A DNA stretch of 45,374 nucleotides from NCBI GenBank assembly GCA_022717655.1, contig JAIIAN010000001.1, positions 1 to 45,374 of the forward strand. The letters run 5' to 3'. The position numbers were made by a program, and so were the translations under genes. Positions 38,977 to 45,374 of this stretch are shown in pieces. Each line of letters starts with the position of its first letter. Position 1 is the first letter of the stretch. Below the pieces are notes generated by a model. The model ran no database searches, was not told the DNA's origin, and worked only from the letters and a program-made list of their open reading frames with translations. Source of the DNA: Bacillota bacterium (lineage in GTDB: Bacteria > Bacillota > Clostridia > Lachnospirales > Lachnospiraceae).

Positions 38977-40419
38977 TCACCTTTTTTGCACACGAATCTT
39001 CTGTGCATGATAATCAATCAATCCCTGTACTTCAAGCCCCTGCATTTTCCAGCTCTCTATTTTTTCAATCAGCTCTTTTGTTACCATTTCTCCCGGCACA
39101 ATACACGGAATCCCCGGTGGATAAAGATACGCAAACTCTGTACTCACTCTTCCTTCTGCTTCTTTTAAATTCACTTCTTCCCAGTCTGCATCCATCGCCT
39201 CTGCAATGGTACATATTGCATCTTCGTCTGTAAACTCAATTTTTGTCTGCGCTTTCTCCTCTATTTGATTTTCCATCTCAGAATCAAGTGCCGAATCAAT
39301 TTCCAAAAGTGCATCCGCAAGCCGTGCAAATCCCTCTTCGCTGTCCATCACGCTTGAAAGTGCAAGCACATAAGACGGAGCGGTCATTTCCATTTCTAAC
39401 TGATATTTATCGAGCAGTTTTTCCCGAAGCATCTCTCCATCAATAGAAGTCCCCTTTGTTGAAATAATAATTTTAGAACAATCCATATCATAGACACCAT
39501 TTTTCCCGACTACTTCATCCGGTTCGACCAGATGCAGATGTTTCAACTCAGAAAGTTTTCTGCGGCACTCCTTTAATCGTACCGTATATTCTTTAAATAA
39601 CACTTCCGAAGAAGATTCCAGCAGGCGGATACAGGCATCCATACTGCTCATAAAAACATAAGACGGACTACTGCTCTGATAAATTGAAAGAAACCGCTTC
39701 AGCCGTTCTTCAGATACAAGACTGCCCTGCGTGTGCAGCAGGGCAGTCTGTGTCAATGAAGGCAAAGTTTTATGCAGACTCTGGATTACGATATCTGCGC
39801 CGTTTTCAAGCGCAGATTCTGGAAATGTATCTGAAAAACGAAGATGAGCTCCATGTGCCTCATCTACAATCAGCGGAATTTGATGTGCGTGTACAATCTC
39901 ACTAATTGCAGCAATATCAGACACCATTCCATCATAAGATGGCGAAGTAATCAGTACTGCTTCTATCTCAGGATAGACCCTTAAAGCTTCTTCTACCGCT
40001 TTTGGTGTAATTCCTCCATTTAATTCTGTCTCTTCAAACACAGCCGGATATAAATAATGTGCATGCAGACGTCTTAAATAAACTGCATGATAGGCAGCTT
40101 TATGACAGTTTCTTGCCATCAAAATACTACCTCCATCACTGGTACATGCTGAAATTGCACTTAAAAGCCCGGCGGTACTTCCATTTATCAGATAAAAGCT
40201 TTTATCTGCATGGTATAACTTTGCAACACGTTTCTGTGCTTCTAAGAGAATTCCCTCCGCATGATGCAGATTATCAAATCCGGTAATCTCGGTAATATCA
40301 ATTTCATAAGGATTTTTTAATGTCTCAGGGCAGAAGCTGCGCTTATGCCCCGGCATGTGAAATGGATAAACCTCTCCTTTGCTGTATTCATATAATGCTT
40401 CATCGATATATTTTTTCAT
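38977..40419 (-). CDS. Arg/Lys/Orn decarboxylase (YaaO-like, PLP-dependent)
   Basis: FHMPGHK, LINGST, RNCHKA, DEAHGAH, QSLHKT, QSSSPSY, YPPGIP. Confidence 0.9.
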   Translation of the reverse strand: MKKYIDEALYEYSKGEVYPFHMPGHKRSFCPETLKNPYEIDITEITGFDNLHHAEGILLEAQKRVAKLYHADKSFYLINGSTAGLLSAISACTSDGGSILMARNCHKAAYHAVYLRRLHAHYLYPAVFEETELNGGITPKAVEEALRVYPEIEAVLITSPSYDGMVSDIAAISEIVHAHQIPLIVDEAHGAHLRFSDTFPESALENGADIVIQSLHKTLPSLTQTALLHTQGSLVSEERLKRFLSIYQSSSPSYVFMSSMDACIRLLESSSEVLFKEYTVRLKECRRKLSELKHLHLVEPDEVVGKNGVYDMDCSKIIISTKGTSIDGEMLREKLLDKYQLEMEMTAPSYVLALSSVMDSEEGFARLADALLEIDSALDSEMENQIEEKAQTKIEFTDEDAICTIAEAMDADWEEVNLKEAEGRVSTEFAYLYPPGIPCIVPGEMVTKELIEKIESWKMQGLEVQGLIDYHAQKIRVQKR

Positions 40420-40484
40420 TTTTTAATTTCTTATATTTGTCCGGTGGATATTCACAATCCACTTCACTCTTTCATTCGGTTAAC

Positions 40485-42197
40485 TTATCTTGCAAGTGCT
40501 TCCTGTACCATTTTCTGAACAGTCGCAAATACATCCTCTAATGCTACTTTTTCTCTTACAGTTTTATCTCTTGTTACAACTTCACAGCATCCCTCTTTCA
40601 TATTTCTCGGGCTTGCAATGATACGAACCGGAATACCCATTAAGTCAGCATCGCTAAACATAACACCGGCACTTACTTTTCTGTCATCGTAAAGTACTTC
40701 GATTCCTGCGTTCTGTAACTGTTCATATAAACCATCTGAATAGTTCTTGATTTCTTCATTGTCCGGACGTACACAGCAAAGGTGAACCTGCCATGGAGCA
40801 ATTGTCATTGGCCAGATTGGACCATACTCATCATGATGTGCTTCGCAGACAGATGCAGCAAGTCTTCCGACACCAATTCCATAACATCCCATAATCGGAT
40901 ATTTTTCTTTGCTGTCTTTATCGAGATATTTCATTCCCATGCTCTTCGTATATTTTGTTCCGAGCTGGAAAATGTTTCCGACTTCGATACCTCTTGATAC
41001 TTTGATTGCTTTTTTCTTACAACATGGGCAGATTCCGCCATCTACGATTTTTGCGAAATCATGATATTCTGCATCCGGAAGATCTCTTTCCATACAAAGT
41101 CCTGTGTAATGATAATCATCCTGATTTCCGCCACAGCAAAGATTGCATCCACCTTTTAAAGAATTGTCATATAAAACAGTTACGTTTGCATCCATTTTGT
41201 AAGGTCCGATAAATCCTGGATGTAATCCGCTCTCTAAGGTAATTTCTGCCGGATGGATTTCTTCTTTTAAGAAGTTTGTCAGTTTTGTTTCATTGGCTTC
41301 TAAGTCACCTCTGATAAATAATACAACATACTCATCATTGGAGTTTTTCTGATATACTACTGCTTTACAGGATTTTTCTGCTGAACTGTTTAAGAATTCA
41401 CATACTTCTTCGATTGTATGCATGTTTGGAGTGTTCACCAGTTTTAATTCCTGATATTCTTCTGCTTCATTTTCTACGATGTTTTCTGCTGCTTCTACGT
41501 TTGCTTTGTAACCACATTCCGGGCATACTGCAATGGAATCTTCTCCAACTGGAGTTAACAGCATAAATTCATGAGAAAGACTTCCACCCATCATACCAGA
41601 ATCAGATGCAACTGCGATTGTCTCCGGAATTCCGGCTCTTGCAAAAATTCTTTCATAAGCATGATAACATTTGTCATAGTATTCTTCCAAATCCTCCTGA
41701 GAAGTATGGAAAGAATAAGCATCTTTCATGGTAAATTCACGTACACGAATCAGTCCGGCTCTTGGACGTGCTTCATCACGGAATTTGGTCTGGAACTGAT
41801 AAATCATAAATGGATATTTTGCGTAAGTCTGTCCATATTCTCTTACTAACTGAACAGCAGCCTCTTCATGAGTCATACCAAGCACCATCTTGCTTCCGTT
41901 TCTGTCTTTGAAACGAAGCAGTTCGCTTCCAACGCTTTCATATCTTCCGGATTCTTCCCATAAAGATGCCGGCAGAGCAACCGGAAACTGTACTTCCTGT
42001 CCATCGATTTTATCCATTTCATCACGAATAATTGCTTCAATTTTCTGGCATACACGACGAAGCGGCATGTACTGGGAATAAATTCCGTTTGCCACATACT
42101 TCATGTAACCGCCTCTTACCATCAGTGCATGACTGTCAATAACACAGTCTGACGGTCTTTCTTTAAATCTGTCTCCTACAAGTTTACTTAACTTCAT
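40485..42197 (-). CDS. proS: Proline--tRNA ligase (bacterial type with editing insertion)
   Basis: THEE, KFRDEARPRAGLIRVREFTMKDAYSFH, GIEVGNIFQLGTKY, MGCYGIG. Confidence 0.98.
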   Translation of the reverse strand: MKLSKLVGDRFKERPSDCVIDSHALMVRGGYMKYVANGIYSQYMPLRRVCQKIEAIIRDEMDKIDGQEVQFPVALPASLWEESGRYESVGSELLRFKDRNGSKMVLGMTHEEAAVQLVREYGQTYAKYPFMIYQFQTKFRDEARPRAGLIRVREFTMKDAYSFHTSQEDLEEYYDKCYHAYERIFARAGIPETIAVASDSGMMGGSLSHEFMLLTPVGEDSIAVCPECGYKANVEAAENIVENEAEEYQELKLVNTPNMHTIEEVCEFLNSSAEKSCKAVVYQKNSNDEYVVLFIRGDLEANETKLTNFLKEEIHPAEITLESGLHPGFIGPYKMDANVTVLYDNSLKGGCNLCCGGNQDDYHYTGLCMERDLPDAEYHDFAKIVDGGICPCCKKKAIKVSRGIEVGNIFQLGTKYTKSMGMKYLDKDSKEKYPIMGCYGIGVGRLAASVCEAHHDEYGPIWPMTIAPWQVHLCCVRPDNEEIKNYSDGLYEQLQNAGIEVLYDDRKVSAGVMFSDADLMGIPVRIIASPRNMKEGCCEVVTRDKTVREKVALEDVFATVQKMVQEALAR

Positions 42198-42252
42198 AAT
42201 TATTTCCTCCTAAAAAATCTTTCATCCCAATAAAGAATGAAATTAATGAAAT

Positions 42253-42548
42253 AAAAAACCCTGAACTGACAAATTTCTTTCATCAGTTCAGGGCGAATAT
42301 TCATCCGTGTTACCACCTGAATTCAGGATTGCTCCTGCACTCATAGATACAGAGTTTCCTCGATATCGCTTCCCTTTAACGGTGGAATTCCGGCAGTGTC
42401 TACTTTCTTTTGCCTGACAACTATCTGGATTAGATTTCAACCTGCAGCTCCAAGACCGGTTCGATACCATCTTATCAAAGCCTTCCACCAGCCGGCTTCT
42501 CTCTGTACATAGGACTAATATCTACTATTTCTCTTCATCGCTTTTTTC
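42253..42548 (-). ncRNA. T-box riboswitch (Pro) controlling proS
   Basis: Minus strand: GCGATGAAGAG..AGTA, ACAGAGAG, GGTGGAA, specifier GAA-CCG-G (42459-42457), T-box AATTCAGGTGGTAACACG, terminator CCCTGAACTGA...TCAGTTCAGGG-TTTTTT. Confidence 0.93.
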
Positions 42549-42558
42549 AAAATAATAC

Positions 42559-42769
42559 GATGTGAGTGTCAAAAGTAAATTTTGTCACTCACTGATGTAA
42601 CCGGATTGCTCCATTGCTATGCAATTCTCGCAATCCTTGAACACCTCAAACTCCCATAAAATGGTGTATTCACACCATTTATTTCGTTTTTGGTGTTCGG
42701 CGTGCCAATTAAGTATAAATTGCTTTTTGTGCAAGCACAACCGCAATTTATACTTTTGACACTTACATC
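42559..42769. mobile_element. Non-autonomous miniature inverted-repeat element (MITE), 211 bp
   Basis: 19-bp TIRs GATGTGAGTGTCAAAAGTA / TACTTTTGACACTTACATC (1 mismatch); flanking direct repeat ATAATAC at 42552-58 and 42770-76; four hairpins within the element; no transposase. Confidence 0.85.
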
Positions 42770-42789
42770 ATAATACTGCTTTCGATGGA

Positions 42790-42818
42790 ATCTTAGCATA
42801 TTTTGTACGTTCTTGCAA
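42790..42818 (-). promoter_or_regulatory. Putative sigma-A promoter of the proS leader
   Basis: TTGCAA (42818-13)-17 nt-TAAGAT (42795-90) with an extended TG, pointing toward the MITE and T-box. Confidence 0.65.
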
Positions 42819-42853
42819 GCTAAAATTTCTTTTGCGCAGTCAGCTTCCCCTCA

Positions 42854-43059
42854 GACGAGTCAGTCGCTGACGCAGGATAATTGTTTTATATGCAAGGCGG
42901 AGGAATGAGCCATACTGGGACAACACTGTCTGCTAACACTTGGACGAGTCAACCGCTGACGCAGAATAATCGCTTTATATGCAAGGCGGAGGAATGAAGC
43001 GTAGTGGGACTACGCTGATTGACGACAACACAGCAGATAAACGATTAGACAAGTCAGCG
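42854..43059. repeat. Tandem REP-like palindromic repeat, two units
   Basis: GACGAGTCA..CGCTGACGCAG.ATAAT.G.TTTATATGCAAGGCGGAGGAATGA at 42854 and 42943; GAC(G/A)AGTCA recurs at 42854, 42943 and 43048. Confidence 0.85.
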
Positions 43060-43641
43060 CCAGTTCATCGCTTCAGACATCACACATATTCCCGCCGCAC
43101 CCAGTTTTCTCATTTCCTCCACGCACTCCCTCGTGGTTTTCATGCCACCAATTGCAAACACCGGAATCTCCACTGCGTCGCACACTTCTTTTAAAAATCC
43201 CGTTCCTCTTGGCTCAAGTCCTGGTTTGCAGGTTGTCGCAAACACATGTCCGGCGGTCACATAAGATGCTCCAAGTTCCTGCGCTTTTTTGGCATCTTCC
43301 CTGCTGTGTGTAGAAACCCCTGTCACTTTAAATTTTTGTGCAATCTCAGGGTTTGCTTCTAAAACAGCAAGCGGAACATGGATTTTATCACATCCGGCTT
43401 CCAGTGCAGATTCTGCATAAGTATGTGCAATACAGATTACATTATGCTCCTCGCAAATCTTTTTTACAGGAAGCAGAAGTGCCGTATATTCGCTTTCTGA
43501 AAGGTCTTTCTCCCGCAAAATAACTGCATGAGGCTGATTCATGCAGATTCTTCTCATCTGCCATAAAAAAGCTTCTCTGTCTCTGCAAAGTTTTCGATTT
43601 GTAACTGCAATTACCTGTTCTTTATACATAAACATAGTCAT
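43054..43641 (-). CDS. Thiamine-phosphate synthase / TenI family protein
   Basis: AVTNR, ILREKDL, GVSTHS, GHVFATTCKPG, IPVFAIGG; overlaps the thiH stop (start may be 43629). Confidence 0.85.
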   Translation of the reverse strand: MTMFMYKEQVIAVTNRKLCRDREAFLWQMRRICMNQPHAVILREKDLSESEYTALLLPVKKICEEHNVICIAHTYAESALEAGCDKIHVPLAVLEANPEIAQKFKVTGVSTHSREDAKKAQELGASYVTAGHVFATTCKPGLEPRGTGFLKEVCDAVEIPVFAIGGMKTTRECVEEMRKLGAAGICVMSEAMNWR

Positions 43642-44839
43642 TCATCACCGGCTGAAGTCCTTCGTCAAGAAGTGCCTCATACACCTGTTCCACACTTCTT
43701 CCATCCGAGATTTCAAACTGGTCGTCTCCTTTATTTTCAATCTCTTCTACGTGTTCCCCGATTCCAGTGCTGACCCCTGCGGAAATCTTTGTTGCTGCAA
43801 TATTGACCAAATTATCTCTTACACGGGCACATTCTCTAGTTGATACCGTAATACTCGAAAATGGCATAAACAGACGATAAGCACACACAACCTGTAAAAG
43901 CTGTGGTTCATGGACATCCATCGGATTAATCTTGTCATTATTGATAATCGGGCGCAGTCTCGGACAGGAAAATGCAATTTCTGCGTGTGGATATTTTCTC
44001 TGAAGCAGATAAGCATGCATCCCTGTTGCAAACGCATCTTTTCTAAAATCATCCAGACCAAGCAGTGCCGCAAATCCAACCCCTCTCATTCCACCTTTTA
44101 ACGCACGTTCCTGCGCATTTAAGCGGTATGGGAAAATTCGTTTATGTCCCGCAAGATGCAGAGTTTCATATTTATCAGAATTATAAGACTCCTGGAATAC
44201 AGTTACATAGTCTGCTCCACATTCATGCAGATACGCATATTCATCTGAGTTCATCGGATAAACTTCAAGACCGATTACTTTAAAATATTTTCTTGCGATT
44301 TTACAGGCTTCTCCTATGTATTTCACATCCGAATATTTTCGGCTTTCTCCGGTTAAAATCAAAACTTCCTGAAGTCCTGTTTTGGCAACTGCTGCCATCT
44401 CTTTCTCGATTTCTTGTGCATTTAATTTTGCGCGGTTAATTTTGTTATGGCAGTTAAATCCACAATAAATACAAAAATTTTCACAGTAATTTGCAATATA
44501 AATCGGTGTAAACATATTGACACTATTTCCGAAGTGTTTTTCTTTTTCTGCCTTTGCTGCCTGTGCCATCTGCTCTAAATACGGCAGTGCTGCCGGTGAT
44601 AACAGTGCCGCAAAATCTTCCGGAGTACGGCTTTCATGCGCAAGGGCACGTTCTACATCCTTTGCGGTATATTTCTCATAGTCATACTCATTCATGGCAT
44701 CAATGACCTGTTTCTGCACATCGGACTCAAGCACTTCCATTCCTTTTAAATAAGTCATGTGGTCGATACGGTTTTTCTTCTGCCATTCTTTAATTTCATC
44801 ATTTAAAATACTCTCATTTACATGGTTTTCTGTACTCAT
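43622..44839 (-). CDS. thiH: 2-iminoacetate synthase (radical SAM tyrosine lyase)
   Basis: FTPIYIANYCENFCIYCGF, LTGE, FQESY, PRLRP, STRE, QFEISDGRS; start at ATG 44839. Confidence 0.96.
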   Translation of the reverse strand: MSTENHVNESILNDEIKEWQKKNRIDHMTYLKGMEVLESDVQKQVIDAMNEYDYEKYTAKDVERALAHESRTPEDFAALLSPAALPYLEQMAQAAKAEKEKHFGNSVNMFTPIYIANYCENFCIYCGFNCHNKINRAKLNAQEIEKEMAAVAKTGLQEVLILTGESRKYSDVKYIGEACKIARKYFKVIGLEVYPMNSDEYAYLHECGADYVTVFQESYNSDKYETLHLAGHKRIFPYRLNAQERALKGGMRGVGFAALLGLDDFRKDAFATGMHAYLLQRKYPHAEIAFSCPRLRPIINNDKINPMDVHEPQLLQVVCAYRLFMPFSSITVSTRECARVRDNLVNIAATKISAGVSTGIGEHVEEIENKGDDQFEISDGRSVEQVYEALLDEGLQPVMNDYVYV

Positions 44840-44858
44840 CTTTTTTCTCCCCCCGCTC

Positions 44859-45374
44859 TTAATCCTGTAAAAATCCGGTAAGCGGAGAAGATGCACTTGC
44901 TCCTTTTTCCATGACACGTCCCATACCTGCCAGATAAGCGGCTCTTCCTGCTTCAATTGCTTTCTTAAATGCCTCTGCCATCGCCGGAATATCACCTGCT
45001 GTTGCAATTGCAGTATTTGCCATAACTGCTGCTGCACCCATTTCCATTGCCTCGCATGCCTGAGATGGTTTACCGATTCCTGCATCTACAATAATCGGTA
45101 AATCAATTTCATCAATTAAAATCTGAATAAATTCTTTTGTACAGATTCCCTTATTAGAACCAATCGGAGAACCAAGAGGCATTACACATGCAGCTCCTGC
45201 GTCCCGAAGTTCTCTTGCCACATTTAAATCCGGATACATATATGGCATGACGACAAATCCCTCTTTTGCCAGAATTTCCGTTGCCTTGATGGTTTCATAG
45301 TTATCCGGAAACAGATATTTGGAATCATGGATGACTTCGATTTTTACAAAATCCCCACAGCCAAGTTCTCTGGA
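44859..45374 (-). CDS. thiG: Thiazole synthase (5'-truncated by the window edge)
   Basis: [47 protein letters not shown]; the frame stays open to the window end. Confidence 0.96.
   Translation of the reverse strand, partial: SRELGCGDFVKIEVIHDSKYLFPDNYETIKATEILAKEGFVVMPYMYPDLNVARELRDAGAACVMPLGSPIGSNKGICTKEFIQILIDEIDLPIIVDAGIGKPSQACEAMEMGAAAVMANTAIATAGDIPAMAEAFKKAIEAGRAAYLAGMGRVMEKGASASSPLTGFLQD

Noticed and set aside
42288..42488. 66-aa ORF upstream of proS (also 21000-21215 near metG)
   Set aside because: Both lie within T-box leaders, which explain the sequence.
42617..42799. 60-aa ORF across the MITE
   Set aside because: The start overlaps the predicted -10 region, there is no RBS, and it has no transposase motif.
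42854..43059. Possible CRISPR mini-array
   Set aside because: Only two long units; the intervening sequences are homologous to each other, not unique spacers; no cas genes.
44840..45085. ORF-track N-terminal extension of thiH (similarly thiC, metG, tatD, tetR)
   Set aside because: The extensions overlap other genes, promoters or terminators; downstream ATGs have proper RBSs.

Overview
A 45.4-kb chromosomal window from a low-GC Firmicute. Gene content and synteny point to a Lachnospiraceae-like clostridium; this is an inference. Most of it is core genome: pth-mfd-prsA, thiC behind a TPP riboswitch, glgB, metG-tatD and proS each behind a T-box, the yaaO-[kinase]-holB-ricT-yabB-rsmI cluster, and thiG-thiH-thiE/tenI. 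Accessory or poorly characterised blocks are a NahK-like sugar kinase with a PocR-AraC regulator, a CobW GTPase pair (one with a Cys/His tandem repeat), a DUF488 + AAA-ATPase/PD-(D/E)XK islet, a GH42 sugar-uptake locus, and a CntK-like racemase coupled to a C39-like cysteine protein. The most striking non-coding signal is a 211-bp hairpin-rich element with 19-bp terminal inverted repeats and a 7-bp target-site duplication (a MITE). It sits between the predicted proS promoter and its T-box. A decayed relative lies at about 8.6 kb, and a separate tandem REP-like palindromic repeat lies beside the MITE. No rRNA, tRNA, CRISPR array, transposase or integrase was seen. All calls come from motif recognition by eye; no database searches were run.
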